A DNA stretch of 64,000 nucleotides from an uncultured Candidatus Saccharibacteria bacterium (GCA_964456235.1 CAYWDX010000001.1:35074-99073), one strand, 5' to 3'. Positions 40,416-50,878 are shown, numbered from the stretch's first letter. Numbers and translations: made by a program. The notes: generated by a model from the letters alone, not told the origin.

Positions 40416-41891
40416 TTATTTCTCTTTCTTCGCTCGCATGAGCGGGAAAAATACCGTTTCACGTACCGGCCGATTCATGAGAACGGCAAACAGACGTTCA
40501 GACACGCCGAAGCCTCCGGCCGGTGGCATTCCGTAGGAAAGTGCATCGAGAAAATCTTCGTCGAGCATCTGCGCTTCGCGATCGCCTGCCGCCCGAAGCT
40601 TCATCTGTTCTTCGAAGCGGGCGCGCTGGTCAAGCGGGTCATTTAATTCTGAAAATCCTTTGCCGAGTTCGGTGCCGCCGGCCATGATTTGGAAACGCTC
40701 CACGACGGCGGGATTATCGGCGCGGCGCTTCGCAAGAGGTTCAACTTCCACGGGCGGATCAACTAGAAAACATGGTTGCACGAGGCTCGGCCGCACAGTC
40801 TTTTTGAAAATAAGGTCGATCAAGCGGCCCTTGCCAGCATTTTTCTCCGGAGCTAGCTTGAGCACTTTTGTTTTTTTCTCAAGTTCAGCGCGCGATGCTG
40901 TCGTCGGATCAATACCGTTCGCTTTCTCGAACGCTTTTACGTAATCAACCTTTTCCCACTCGCGCGACCAATCAATTTTTTCGCCGTTATATTCCGTGGC
41001 GAAGCCGCCCGTAATATTTTTAATAGTGGCCTTGTACATTTTTTCTGCGAGCGCCATCACGTCGTTATAGTCAGCGTATGCCCAATAGAATTCAAGCTGT
41101 GTGTAATCTTGCAAATGCTCGCGATCAATACCTTCATTCCTGAAAATTCGGCCGATCTCAAAAACTTTATCAAATCCGCCGACGAGGAGGCGTTTTAACG
41201 GAAGTTCAAGCGAAATCCGCAAATAAAAATCTGCGTCGAGCGCGTGATGATGCGTCTTAAACGGCTCCGCTTCCGCACCGCCTGGCACCATTTCCAAAAC
41301 CGGCGTTTCGACTTCGAGAAATCCTTCTTTCTTCAGAAGGTCGCGCATCGTCTGCCAGAATATTGTTTTCTTTTCAAAAAGCTCCCGGAGTTCTGGCGTT
41401 GTGATCAATTCGAGATAGCGCTTGCGCAAGCGCAGATCGGGATCTTCGATTCCTTCCCATTTATCAGGGAGCGGCAGCAAACTTTTTGCCGCCATCTGCA
41501 ATTCGTGCACCTCCAAACTTTTTTCACCACGCTTTGTTTCGAAGAGCGTGCCGGTTGCGCTCACGAAATCACCGATATCGAGCACGGAGCGCCAAAAATT
41601 AAGGTCGCGGCCCTTGGTTGTTGCGTGCGGCAATGAGTCGTCTTTCAGAACGATCTGGATCTTTCCCGTTCCGTCTTCAAGGTCGGCAAACACAATCTTC
41701 CCCTGGTCGCGCATGCTGCGAAGGCGGCCGGCAAACGAAATTTTTTTAGAAGATTTTACCAATTTGGAAAACTCCGCCAGTGCATTAGCGATATGGTGCG
41801 TCCGAACCACGCGCGCGGGATATGGATCAAGCCCGGCCTTCTTCAAAAGGTTGAGTTTCCTCTCGCGCTCCTTGATGAGCTCGTCGAGCAT
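40416..41891 (-). CDS. lysS: Lysine--tRNA ligase (class II)
   Basis: N-terminal OB anticodon-binding domain and class II motifs 1-3 (FRNEGIDREHLQDYTQLEFY). Start taken at MLDELIKERERKL. Confidence 0.9.
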   Translation of the reverse strand: MLDELIKERERKLNLLKKAGLDPYPARVVRTHHIANALAEFSKLVKSSKKISFAGRLRSMRDQGKIVFADLEDGTGKIQIVLKDDSLPHATTKGRDLNFWRSVLDIGDFVSATGTLFETKRGEKSLEVHELQMAAKSLLPLPDKWEGIEDPDLRLRKRYLELITTPELRELFEKKTIFWQTMRDLLKKEGFLEVETPVLEMVPGGAEAEPFKTHHHALDADFYLRISLELPLKRLLVGGFDKVFEIGRIFRNEGIDREHLQDYTQLEFYWAYADYNDVMALAEKMYKATIKNITGGFATEYNGEKIDWSREWEKVDYVKAFEKANGIDPTTASRAELEKKTKVLKLAPEKNAGKGRLIDLIFKKTVRPSLVQPCFLVDPPVEVEPLAKRRADNPAVVERFQIMAGGTELGKGFSELNDPLDQRARFEEQMKLRAAGDREAQMLDEDFLDALSYGMPPAGGFGVSERLFAVLMNRPVRETVFFPLMRAKKEK

Positions 41892-42001
41892 TGGTCTAAA
41901 TATACCACGCTCACGGCGTCGCATGATATTGACACTATTATTTTATATGTTAGAATATGTACAGCAAGATTCTCAATCCATACTCACAAGGAGGTTCCCC
42001 T

Positions 42002-42457
42002 ATGGGGCCCGCCGGAACTGTTCGAGCATTCCTCGATAACCTCGCAAAAATTGGCGGCTCGCCGAGATTGCTGTATCAGGTCTCTGCGAAAATTTATTTC
42101 CGCGTCGACGTGGATCAGGCAGAAGAAGACGCCTGTGAGTCGGTGCTCAGAGCGTTGATCCGACGCGTTGACGACGCTCATCCCTGGCGGTGCAAGGACG
42201 CTCACGGAAACCTGGCTCCCAGCCGGGCCTTCATCGGGCAGGCGGCGTGGACGCGCGGGAATTGGAGGGTTGGCGGATCCGTATGCTGCCTCACGCTGGT
42301 TCCCTCGGCCCCTTTGACCCAAGACCAGTTCCATGCGTACCAGAAGTACCTGACGGCACTCCGGGATATGCTGAAGACATTCCCGATCCATCCATCGCCT
42401 CTCCAGGTCCGCGTCGAGATGGTTGCGACGTGGCCCGACACCGAGCTGTGGGAGTAG
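42002..42457 (+). CDS. Hypothetical protein (151 aa)
   Basis: AGGAGG RBS 6 nt upstream of ATG at 42002, with a terminator downstream. No recognised family; composition is atypical. Confidence 0.5.
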   Translation: MGPAGTVRAFLDNLAKIGGSPRLLYQVSAKIYFRVDVDQAEEDACESVLRALIRRVDDAHPWRCKDAHGNLAPSRAFIGQAAWTRGNWRVGGSVCCLTLVPSAPLTQDQFHAYQKYLTALRDMLKTFPIHPSPLQVRVEMVATWPDTELWE

Positions 42458-42503
42458 AACAATCGCGGGCCGTTGAAGATCATGGGTCGCTTAACTAAGA
42501 CGC

Positions 42504-42538
42504 CCGAGCACTTGCTCGGGCGTTATCTTTTTCTTAAA
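42504..42538. terminator. Bidirectional intrinsic terminator (ends the hypothetical gene on + and greA on -)
   Basis: acgcccgagca-cttg-ctcgggcgt followed by TATCTTTTTCTT on the plus strand. The minus strand is also T-rich after the stem. Confidence 0.6.
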
Positions 42539-42550
42539 AATTTGTTAAAC

Positions 42551-43009
42551 CTATTCGATCTTCAAAATCTCATAGACGGCAGGTCCGGCCGGCGTCGTCA
42601 CCTCCACTTTTTCACCTACCTTCTTTTTCATAAATGCGGCGCCGAGCGGAGATTCATCCGAGATGCGGCCCTCTTCCGGCTTCGCCTCGTAAGAACCGAC
42701 CACGGTGTAAGTCATCGTCCGTTCGCCTTTTTTCAGAGTCACCGTCGAACCGACCGCGACCATGTCATGGTCCCCCGTTTTTGTAATGGTCACTGCTTCC
42801 TTCAAGAGGTCTTCAAGCTCGGCGATGCGCGTCTCAACATTTGCCTGTTCCTCGCGCGCCTCCGCATATTCAGAATTTTCCGAGAGGTCGCCGTACTCTT
42901 TTGCCTGCTTCAAGCGCTCCGCCACTTCGATGCGGCGGGTGTTCTTGAGCGTTTCGAGTTCTGCCTTCAGCTCGTTCAACCGATCTTCCGACAAATATTG
43001 CTTCGGCAT
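42551..43009 (-). CDS. greA: Transcription elongation factor GreA
   Basis: N-terminal coiled coil and C-terminal FKBP-like domain. Start taken at MPKQYLSEDRL. Confidence 0.85.
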   Translation of the reverse strand: MPKQYLSEDRLNELKAELETLKNTRRIEVAERLKQAKEYGDLSENSEYAEAREEQANVETRIAELEDLLKEAVTITKTGDHDMVAVGSTVTLKKGERTMTYTVVGSYEAKPEEGRISDESPLGAAFMKKKVGEKVEVTTPAGPAVYEILKIE

Positions 43010-43031
43010 GGGTGCGTTATAAGTCAGAAGA

Positions 43032-43796
43032 TTATGGGGCAGGATGTGGCGCCCCGTCAAGTACGCCGAGGAGCGGGTACTCGCCACGCCGCAGGCGCCA
43101 ATAAATGGTCATGACGTCTTTCAAAAAATAGAACCCGGCCGACATTTTGACATGTGATCCCGCTTCATTCACCCAGTGCACGGGGACTTCTGCGATGCGG
43201 TAATGCATCCGCCGCGCGAGGGCGAGCACTTCGACGTCGAAGCCCCAGCCGGTCACGCGGGACTGCTGGAAAATATTTTTTGCTGCTTCCTCGGTGAATG
43301 CTTTGAAGCCGCATTGCGTGTCTTTGATGCCGTGAAGAAGCAGTATCTGCACCATCAGGTTCAGCCCTCGCGCGGCGAGTTGGCGGAAGATCGATTCTGG
43401 CGGATCAAGCTGCGCCCCCGGCGCGCGGCGCGAGCCGATGACCACCTGGCATCCCTCCTTAAAGAACGGGATCATCTTGTCGAACTGGTCAATGCTCGTT
43501 GCGTTATCCGCGTCGCTCAAAAGCCTCACGGCGCCGCCAGCGATCAGCATCCCCTGCCGGACCGTCCCTCCCTTGCCTTTATTTTCAGCGTTATCAATCA
43601 GCTTCAGATTTCGGATGGCCGATTTCATTCGGTCGACGACTTCTGCGGTATTGTCTTTTGAACCGTCGTTCACAACCACGATCTCGTACGTGTAGGGCGC
43701 GTGCGCGAGGCGGCGGTCGATATCGATGAGCGTCGCGGGGATCCGCTCTGCTTCGTTATAGGCGGGGATGACGATGGAAAGGTAGGGCTTGGCCAT
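43032..43796 (-). CDS. Family 2 glycosyltransferase (dolichol-phosphate mannosyltransferase-like)
   Basis: SIVIPAYNE start and GT-A fold DxD (LSDADN). Confidence 0.8.
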   Translation of the reverse strand: MAKPYLSIVIPAYNEAERIPATLIDIDRRLAHAPYTYEIVVVNDGSKDNTAEVVDRMKSAIRNLKLIDNAENKGKGGTVRQGMLIAGGAVRLLSDADNATSIDQFDKMIPFFKEGCQVVIGSRRAPGAQLDPPESIFRQLAARGLNLMVQILLLHGIKDTQCGFKAFTEEAAKNIFQQSRVTGWGFDVEVLALARRMHYRIAEVPVHWVNEAGSHVKMSAGFYFLKDVMTIYWRLRRGEYPLLGVLDGAPHPAP

Positions 43797-43853
43797 GGCG
43801 AGCTCTTCTCTTTTCTTTTCGGTTTCTTTAATTATAAGTTAATGAAGGATTCA

Positions 43854-44615
43854 TTAAATTTCCGTGAGCACGCGCGGGCCGCGTTTCGTGATCGCAACCG
43901 TGTGTTCGAAATGCGCTGCATAAGAGCCGTCGGCCGTCGCGTAACTTTCATCTTCGATTTGCACCAGTTCGCCGCGGCCCACCACAAACATGGGCTCGAT
44001 CGCGATCACCATGCCTTCCTGTAACGGCTCGCCCTCTCCGGGTCGCCCGAAATTGAAAACGGTCGGATCTTCGTGCAGCATCTTCCCAATTCCGTGCCCC
44101 GTGAGGCCTTCCGCGACCGTAAGCCCGTTTTTTTTCGCCACTTTAGCAATCGCCGCTCCCACATCTCCCAACGTGTTGCCGATCTTTGCGGCGGCAATGC
44201 CGGCGACGAGCGCTTCATGCGTTCCCGCGATGAGTTTTTGCACTTTGCGGTCCTGCTTACCAGCCGCAACCGTCACCGCCGTGTCGCTATAGAAACCTTG
44301 GTAGCGAAGCCCGAGGTCCAGCTTCAGAATTTCTCCGTCCTGCACGACGCGGCCGGAGGGCTGGCCATGCACCACCACTTCGTTGAATGAGGTGCAGAGC
44401 GTGTACGGATACGCGCGCCGGGCGCCGGCGGGGCGGTAATTCAAAAACGCGGGCTTCGCTCCCGCTTTGTGGATGAGTTGGTAGGCAAGGCGATCGAGTT
44501 GCTTGGTGGTTACCCCGGCGCGGACTTCGGATGCGAGCTCGTCCAGAATTTGCGCCAGGCGCCGACCGCCCTCCGCCATGATTTCTATTTCATCGGGCGT
44601 TTTTAATGTGAGCAT
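43854..44615 (-). CDS. map: Methionine aminopeptidase type I
   Basis: Pita-bread fold metal ligands in D...D...H...E...E arrangement. Start taken at MLTLKTPDEIEIM. Confidence 0.85.
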   Translation of the reverse strand: MLTLKTPDEIEIMAEGGRRLAQILDELASEVRAGVTTKQLDRLAYQLIHKAGAKPAFLNYRPAGARRAYPYTLCTSFNEVVVHGQPSGRVVQDGEILKLDLGLRYQGFYSDTAVTVAAGKQDRKVQKLIAGTHEALVAGIAAAKIGNTLGDVGAAIAKVAKKNGLTVAEGLTGHGIGKMLHEDPTVFNFGRPGEGEPLQEGMVIAIEPMFVVGRGELVQIEDESYATADGSYAAHFEHTVAITKRGPRVLTEI

Positions 44616-45270
44616 AGATACGCTCCGTAACTTTATATGGCGCCGGGCGCGCGTCAATCTTTTTCACCCGATAGCCGCACTTCTTCAGAAATTCTAAAAT
44701 CGGCAGCGTTCGTTCGGCATATTCCTTGAGCCGAACTTTAATGACCGCAGCATTATCGATGGTCCGCTGGTAGAGCGGCGCGCCGCAGACTGGGCATCGT
44801 TTCACATGTTTCGCGCGATAAAACGACGTAAGCAATAAATATCCGCAGTGCTTACAAACCATCCGGGCGCTGTTTCGCTTAATCGAATATCGCGGGGGCA
44901 GGTCGAGGAAGAAAACGAAAATATTCTTCCTACCATAGAGGTGCTCCAGAATTGGATATTCCCTCTTCGCCTCGTAGAGCGTGCGGGGCGAGCCGCTCAT
45001 GACAAGCCCCCAATCGGCCTTCGCAGTCTTTTTTATCTCATGAATGATGGTTCTCGTCACAAAACTCGGCGTCAATAACTTGCCAGCGTCGAAGAGGCGC
45101 CGCTCCAGCCTGATCGCGGCACTTTTATTGCGGGCGGGATCATGCACGATCGACTCCAGGAGCTGACCTGTGTCGATATTGATCAAGTTGAATTTAGCGG
45201 CCAGCAACGTCGCCTGCGTCCCTTTTCCGGCACCAGGCGGGCCATAGAGCACGATTATCACTTTCTGCAT
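44590..45270 (-). CDS. adk: Adenylate kinase with zinc-binding LID
   Basis: P-loop GPPGAGKGT and a LID with CKHC...CPVC. Confidence 0.9.
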   Translation of the reverse strand: MQKVIIVLYGPPGAGKGTQATLLAAKFNLINIDTGQLLESIVHDPARNKSAAIRLERRLFDAGKLLTPSFVTRTIIHEIKKTAKADWGLVMSGSPRTLYEAKREYPILEHLYGRKNIFVFFLDLPPRYSIKRNSARMVCKHCGYLLLTSFYRAKHVKRCPVCGAPLYQRTIDNAAVIKVRLKEYAERTLPILEFLKKCGYRVKKIDARPAPYKVTERIYAHIKNAR

Positions 45271-45584
45271 GCAGCTATTTTACCATGCCCAGGCACCGTG
45301 GGCCCGTCGGGACTTGCACCCGCTTCTCCACTTTTCAAAGATGGCGTTTTACTCCATAAACTATAGGCCCATATACAGGCCCAAGAGCCCACGGTGAAAT
45401 GAAAGTAGCATATCGAAGATAAAATTTCGCTCAAATATTTATTAAAAAATATAAATGGCCGCTCGCGCGGCCACCTATACGAAAAGTGGAGAGACCAGCC
45501 TACGATTTATAGACTAGCACCATCTTCCCTCCAGGATAGACCAATCCCGAACCAAAAGTCAATGCGCGCTTAATGAAATTTTAA

Positions 45585-46856
45585 TTATTCGATCCCCTCG
45601 TATTCACGCACGGTGAGCTGCGAGTCAACCTGGCGCATCGTTTCGAGCGCGACCGCTACGACAATCAACACGGCGGTGCCGCTGATCGTGAGGACGGTAA
45701 CGCCCGTAATCGCCTGGACGATGATCGGAAGAATGGCGACGATGCCGAGAAAAGCGGCTCCCCAAAAGGTGATACGGTTCACGAGCGAACCGAAAAACTT
45801 TTCGGTACTCTCGCCTGGGCGGATGCCCGGAACGAATCCCCCGCTCCGCTGCAAATTCTTGGCCACTTCTTCAGGATTGAACGTGATCGAGGTGTAGAAA
45901 TACGTAAAGATAAACACGAGCAAGAAATAAAACGCGCCGTACCAGAGTTGGTTCGCAACGAACGCGGCCGCAAAGTTGCTGATCTTCAAGCCCCACGCGG
46001 TCGAGAAAATAGAAACGATGAAGGCAGCGAACTGCGGGAAAAGCAAAACCGAAATTGCAAAAATGAGCGGGATCATGCCTGCCTGGTTTACTTTGAGCGG
46101 CAAGTAACTCTGCGCGCCGCCGTACATTTTGTTGCCCCGCACCCGCCGCGCATAGGCAACTGGAATTTTTCGTTCCCCTTCATTTAAATACACCACGCCG
46201 CCGATGAGGAGGATCGCCGCGACCGCGAAGCCGAGATAGGTCGTGAGGAGCGTCGGCGTGTACGAAACGAGCGCCGTGCCGAAGAACGCGGGGAGGCGCG
46301 CCAAGATACCGGCCAAGATGATGAGCGAAATGCCGTTCCCCACTTTTTGCTCGGTGATCAATTCTCCGAGCCAGAGCGCGACCATAGAGCCGCAACTGAT
46401 CACTATCACGTTCGTGAAGAATGCGAAGGGCGCGGGGCGGTCAATCACGCCCTGCGAGATGAGGAGGGTTAAAAAACCATATGCATTCACGATGGCGAGC
46501 GGAACCGTGATGAGGCGCGAGTACTGGTTGAACTTTGCCTGGCCGCGGGCGCCTTCTTCGTAATACATTTCCTTGAATCCCGGGAAAATAATAGTGAGGA
46601 GCTGCATGATGATCGTCGCCGTGATGTACGGACCGACGCCCAACATCATCACAGAAAGATTCGCTAAGCCGCCGCCCGAGAAAAAGTTCAGAAACCCGAA
46701 GAGTTGGTTCGAATTGAAATAGTTGGCAAGGCGCGCGGCATCAACGCCGGGGACCGGGATCGCGGCGAACACGCGGTACGCAACCAAAAGCCCCGCCACG
46801 ATGAGGATCTTGTTGCGGAGATCTTTGATGCGGAAGATTTGGAAGAAGCGGTCCAT
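45585..46856 (-). CDS. secY: Preprotein translocase subunit SecY
   Basis: Ten-TM profile and position after rplO. Confidence 0.9.
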   Translation of the reverse strand: MDRFFQIFRIKDLRNKILIVAGLLVAYRVFAAIPVPGVDAARLANYFNSNQLFGFLNFFSGGGLANLSVMMLGVGPYITATIIMQLLTIIFPGFKEMYYEEGARGQAKFNQYSRLITVPLAIVNAYGFLTLLISQGVIDRPAPFAFFTNVIVISCGSMVALWLGELITEQKVGNGISLIILAGILARLPAFFGTALVSYTPTLLTTYLGFAVAAILLIGGVVYLNEGERKIPVAYARRVRGNKMYGGAQSYLPLKVNQAGMIPLIFAISVLLFPQFAAFIVSIFSTAWGLKISNFAAAFVANQLWYGAFYFLLVFIFTYFYTSITFNPEEVAKNLQRSGGFVPGIRPGESTEKFFGSLVNRITFWGAAFLGIVAILPIIVQAITGVTVLTISGTAVLIVVAVALETMRQVDSQLTVREYEGIE

Positions 46857-46874
46857 AACGTTCCAGGCGGCTCG

Positions 46875-47324
46875 CTAGGCAGATTTTTCTGCGACGATTG
46901 ATCCGCCCGCTTTCTCAATCTTCATTTTAGCGCTTTCTGAAACTAATATATTGTGCACGCGCACCGGAAACGCGATCTCCCCTTCGCCGAGGAGTTTCAC
47001 CCGGCCGTGGAAATTTTTACGGACGAGCCCGGCGGCCTTGAGCAATTCCAGATTGAGGTCGAGCGGAGATTTCCCTTCGGCGAACGATTTCAACTTGGCG
47101 AGCGCCGCGATATTGAACACCATCGGCTGCTCGGCCTTCGGCATGTTGCGAAAACCGCGCCGCTTGGGGATGCGCAAAATAAGGTCGCGCTCCGCCGGAC
47201 GGAGGCGGCGTCCCGAGCGGGACTTCTGCCCTTTGACGCCGCGGCCGGAATAACTGCCGCGCTTGCCGCTGCGGCCGATGCGCTGCGAGCGTTTTTTGAT
47301 TGAAGGAAGTTCGTGGATGTGCAT
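46875..47324 (-). CDS. rplO: 50S ribosomal protein L15
   Basis: Gly/Arg-rich N-terminus (GRGVKGQKSRSG). Confidence 0.9.
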   Translation of the reverse strand: MHIHELPSIKKRSQRIGRSGKRGSYSGRGVKGQKSRSGRRLRPAERDLILRIPKRRGFRNMPKAEQPMVFNIAALAKLKSFAEGKSPLDLNLELLKAAGLVRKNFHGRVKLLGEGEIAFPVRVHNILVSESAKMKIEKAGGSIVAEKSA

Positions 47325-47334
47325 GGTTTTATAA

Positions 47335-47823
47335 TTACGCTTTCAACATTTTAAGCGCCTCCATCGTCGCCATCGCGTTCGTCAACTTATTCGGGGTACG
47401 GCCGAGAATTTTTGCCGTCGCATCTTTAATGCCGGCGAAGGCGAGTACAAAACGGACCGCTCCCCCGGCGCGGAGGCCATGGCCCTGGCTTGCCGGCTTC
47501 AAGAGCACTTTTGCCGCGCTATATTTTGCGATCACCTGGTGCGCAATCGTGCGCCCGTCTTTGAGCGGTACCACCATGATATTTTTCTTCGCCGCGGCTT
47601 TCGCTTTCGCGATCGCCTGCTGCACGTCGAGCCCTTTCGCGACGCCGATGCCGACGCGACCCCGCTCGTCACCCAGCACGATCGTGCAACGGAACCGGAA
47701 CCGCTTACCACCGGCAACGACGCGGGTCACGCGGCGCATGTCGAGTACGCGCTCTTTAAATTCTTCCTTTTTGATCGGACGCATGGGGCGATCCGGCCGT
47801 GGTCCACGTTGAGGCATTGGCAT
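47335..47823 (-). CDS. rpsE: 30S ribosomal protein S5
   Basis: S5 dsRBD plus C-terminal domain. Abuts L15 with no L30 gene in between. Confidence 0.9.
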   Translation of the reverse strand: MPMPQRGPRPDRPMRPIKKEEFKERVLDMRRVTRVVAGGKRFRFRCTIVLGDERGRVGIGVAKGLDVQQAIAKAKAAAKKNIMVVPLKDGRTIAHQVIAKYSAAKVLLKPASQGHGLRAGGAVRFVLAFAGIKDATAKILGRTPNKLTNAMATMEALKMLKA

Positions 47824-47837
47824 GGTTCGTTGAGTGG

Positions 47838-48200
47838 TTAAATTTTGAGTCCTCCTTTTTTAACGCCTTCGGCGAAACTTTTTACCCGACCATGGAAACG
47901 GGCCTCGCGGCGATCGAAGGTTGCCGACGCGATCCCCATCTCCTTCGCTTTTTTTGCCATGAGCTCGCCGGCCGCAAACGCCTGGTCGCTCTTTTTCTTG
48001 CCAGCGTCGCCCGTCGTTTTTCCAAAACTTGAAATTGCCGCGAGCGTGTGGCCTTTCACGTCATCAATCAGTTGGGCGTACAAATACTGGTTCGAGCGGT
48101 TCACCACGAGACGCGGCTTCTCGGCCGTCCCGCGCACGCCGATGCTCACGCGCGCCGCGCGCCGTTCACGCCGAATATTAAGTTTTTTTCGTGGCTTCAT
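47838..48200 (-). CDS. rplR: 50S ribosomal protein L18
   Basis: Sequence and operon position. Confidence 0.9.
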   Translation of the reverse strand: MKPRKKLNIRRERRAARVSIGVRGTAEKPRLVVNRSNQYLYAQLIDDVKGHTLAAISSFGKTTGDAGKKKSDQAFAAGELMAKKAKEMGIASATFDRREARFHGRVKSFAEGVKKGGLKI

Positions 48201-48232
48201 AATTTTTTAATAACGATATTCGCGCTCGCTCG

Positions 48233-48745
48233 CTAGCTCGCCGTTGCCGCTGCTTTCTTGCCGACCTTCCGACGGATCACCTCTCCCTGGTAGCGGATCC
48301 CCTTGCCCTTATAGGGCTCGGGCTTCTTCATGGCGCGGATTTCAGCCGCAGTGCGGCCCACGAGATCGTTGTCGATGCCGGAGATCTTCATAATATTCTT
48401 CTCTATCGCAATCGTCACGCCCTGCGGAATTGGCATGCGGACCGGCTGCGCGTAGCCAAGATAGAGCGCGAGCTCTTTCCCCTCAACCACCGCGCGGTAA
48501 CCGACGCCCTCAATTTCAAGCGTACGGCTGAAACCTTCCGTCACGCCCTGGATCGCATTTTTTGCAAGGGCCCACAGCGTGCCGGTCGTGGCCGTGAGGG
48601 TGGACCCGTCAACGGTCGCCGACGCGCCTGCGGGCACTTTCACCTTCACTTGGCCTTTCGTACCGTGCGCCGTCAAAACGCCATCGTTCACCGTGACGGT
48701 GGCGCCGTTTGGAATCGTGAGAGGTTTTTTTATAAGGCGGCTCAT
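48233..48745 (-). CDS. rplF: 50S ribosomal protein L6
   Basis: Two-domain L6 fold and position. Confidence 0.9.
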   Translation of the reverse strand: MSRLIKKPLTIPNGATVTVNDGVLTAHGTKGQVKVKVPAGASATVDGSTLTATTGTLWALAKNAIQGVTEGFSRTLEIEGVGYRAVVEGKELALYLGYAQPVRMPIPQGVTIAIEKNIMKISGIDNDLVGRTAAEIRAMKKPEPYKGKGIRYQGEVIRRKVGKKAAATAS

Positions 48746-48790
48746 GGTTCGTGTTGGTCAATAAATGCTTAATAAAAATTTAATGTGGAC

Positions 48791-49171
48791 CTACCAGACT
48801 TGGAATAAATATTCCCCGCCGATTTTATTTTTTCGTGCGGTGCGGTCGGTCATGATCCCTTTGGAAGTCGAGAGGACGCCGATGCCGTGGCCCTGCATGA
48901 CCGGGCGCAAGTTGCGATAGTCAATATAGGAGTGGCGGCTCGGCTTGCTCACTAATTTGAAATCAGAAAACGATGTTTTCTTGGTTTTTGAACCGAGGCG
49001 GACTACGATAATATTTTTCTTTCCCGCCGCTTCTTTTTCGGCGCTTGCCAGATAGCCAGCTTCAACGAGCGCGTTCAGCACCGCGAAATCCATTTTCGAA
49101 AATGGGGTGACCACCCGATCCTTGCGGGCCATCACGGCATTCTTTAATTTTGGCAGTACGTCGTAATACAT
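48791..49171 (-). CDS. rpsH: 30S ribosomal protein S8
   Basis: Sequence and position. Confidence 0.9.
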   Translation of the reverse strand: MYYDVLPKLKNAVMARKDRVVTPFSKMDFAVLNALVEAGYLASAEKEAAGKKNIIVVRLGSKTKKTSFSDFKLVSKPSRHSYIDYRNLRPVMQGHGIGVLSTSKGIMTDRTARKNKIGGEYLFQVW

Positions 49172-49183
49172 ATTAATAGTGGG

Positions 49184-49369
49184 TTACCATGACGCTTTTT
49201 TTACGCCCGGAATTTCCTGGTTCGTCGCCATCTCGCGGAAGCAGATCCGGCACACACCGAAGTCGCGCATGTACGCGCGCTTGCGGCCGCAGCGAAAACA
49301 GCGCCGGACCAGGCGGGTGCTGAATTTCGGCTTCTTTTTACTGCGGGCGATGACGGATTCTTTTGCCAT
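49184..49369 (-). CDS. rpsN: 30S ribosomal protein S14 type Z (zinc-binding, 61 aa)
   Basis: CFRC...CRIC zinc motif in a 61-aa protein. Confidence 0.9.
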   Translation of the reverse strand: MAKESVIARSKKKPKFSTRLVRRCFRCGRKRAYMRDFGVCRICFREMATNQEIPGVKKASW

Positions 49370-49374
49370 GGTAA

Positions 49375-49920
49375 TTATTTTTTCGCGTGCTTACCGGCCA
49401 TTTCTTTGCGGAGCGGTACCCCCAATGCGCGGAGCGCGGCGACGGCTGCGGCGCGATTTTTCTTTTTGGGGACAAGGCTGATACCGATCGAGAAGGAAAT
49501 CGGTGAATGTTCGGGCGCCACTTCCGGAAACACAAACTGTTCGCGCAAACCGATGTTCAAGACGCCGCCCTGGTCAATGGTTTTCGGATCAAGTCCATTG
49601 AAGTCACGTACGCGAGGCAACACTATTTTAACGAGGCGTTCGAAAAAATCAACCATGCGCCCACGGCGGAGCGTGATGCGGAGGCCGACGATCTGCTGCT
49701 CGCGAATCTTAAAACCCGCGATCGATTTGCGCGCGCGGCGGATTTGCGATTTCTGGCCGCTCATCGCGGCGAGGTCGGCCATCACCTGGACGAGCGCTTT
49801 TTCCTCAAAGTTCGGCGTCTGGCTCAAGCGGCCGACGCCAGCATCAATCACGATCTTCTCGAGGAAGTTGCGGATGTCGAGGCGATGCCCCGATTCTTTT
49901 TTTATGGTCGTCGCAGGCAT
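49375..49920 (-). CDS. rplE: 50S ribosomal protein L5
   Basis: Conserved core ([11 protein letters not shown]..., LPRVRDF). Start ambiguous: 49920 is coupled to the L24 stop, alternatives are 49941 or 50016. Confidence 0.8.
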   Translation of the reverse strand: MPATTIKKESGHRLDIRNFLEKIVIDAGVGRLSQTPNFEEKALVQVMADLAAMSGQKSQIRRARKSIAGFKIREQQIVGLRITLRRGRMVDFFERLVKIVLPRVRDFNGLDPKTIDQGGVLNIGLREQFVFPEVAPEHSPISFSIGISLVPKKKNRAAAVAALRALGVPLRKEMAGKHAKK

Positions 49921-49922
49921 GG

Positions 49923-50228
49923 TTATGTGGTTGCTTGGCATTTCTTGCAGTAGCGGACCATTTTTTCGCCCTCCTTGCGGAAACCAACCCGCGTCGGGTT
50001 TTTGCAATTTCCGCAAACGAGCATCACGCGTGACGCCGGGATCGGGCGCGGGACGGACACGATCTGCCCCGTCTCGCCCTGCTTCTTCGGGCGCGAGCGC
50101 TTATTCACGGTGTTCAACCCTTCGATCACCACTTTTTCTTCAGCAGGCATCGACGTCAAAACTTTCCCGGTCTTCCCGCGATCCTTGCCCGCCAAAATTT
50201 TTACGATGTCCCCTTTGCGAATGTTCAT
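49923..50228 (-). CDS. rplX: 50S ribosomal protein L24 with C-terminal C4 zinc-ribbon extension
   Basis: KOW motif (GDIVKILAGKDRGKTGKV) and a C-terminal CGNC-N17-CKKC. Confidence 0.85.
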   Translation of the reverse strand: MNIRKGDIVKILAGKDRGKTGKVLTSMPAEEKVVIEGLNTVNKRSRPKKQGETGQIVSVPRPIPASRVMLVCGNCKNPTRVGFRKEGEKMVRYCKKCQATT

Positions 50229-50255
50229 GGTGGTAATTTCAGTGATAAAAGCTTC

Positions 50256-50624
50256 CTACACGATTTCTTCAGCCATCGTCATCAATTTTTCATACCCTTT
50301 CTCTTTTAATTCGCGCGGCAAAGGGCCGAAAATACGCGTCGCCGTCGGTTCTTTTTTCGCATCAATCAACACAACCGCGTTTTCATCAAAGCGCACGTAG
50401 GAACCGTCGCGGCGGCGGATCGCATTCTTCGTGCGGACGACGAGCACCTTCACCACGTCTTTTTTCTTCACCGCCTTGCGGGGTTCGGCCGTCTGGACCG
50501 AAGCGACGATGATGTCGCCCACGCCCGCATAGCGGTGGCGCGTGCCGCCGAGGATGCGGAAACAGCGCACGATCTTCGCGCCGCTGTTATCTGCCACTTT
50601 TAATATGGAGCGTTCTTGTATCAT
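50256..50624 (-). CDS. rplN: 50S ribosomal protein L14
   Basis: MIQERSILKVADNSGAK. Confidence 0.95.
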   Translation of the reverse strand: MIQERSILKVADNSGAKIVRCFRILGGTRHRYAGVGDIIVASVQTAEPRKAVKKKDVVKVLVVRTKNAIRRRDGSYVRFDENAVVLIDAKKEPTATRIFGPLPRELKEKGYEKLMTMAEEIV

Positions 50625-50626
50625 GG

Positions 50627-50878
50627 TTATTTCTCAATCTTTGACACGATCTTCCAGCGCTTGTCGCGCGACATCGGACGCATTTCTTCGATCACGACTT
50701 TATCGCCCGTTTTGTATTCATTGTTTTCATCGTGCGCCTTGAAGCGCTGCGTCACGTGGTAATACTTGAGATATTTCGGGTGTTTCTTCAAGCGCGAAAC
50801 TGAAACCACGCGCGTCTTTTGCATTTTGTCAGACACGACTTCACCCGAAATCCGGCGCTTGTTATTTTTTGCTTCCAT
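50627..50878 (-). CDS. rpsQ: 30S ribosomal protein S17
   Basis: OB fold at the expected position. Confidence 0.9.
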   Translation of the reverse strand: MEAKNNKRRISGEVVSDKMQKTRVVSVSRLKKHPKYLKYYHVTQRFKAHDENNEYKTGDKVVIEEMRPMSRDKRWKIVSKIEK

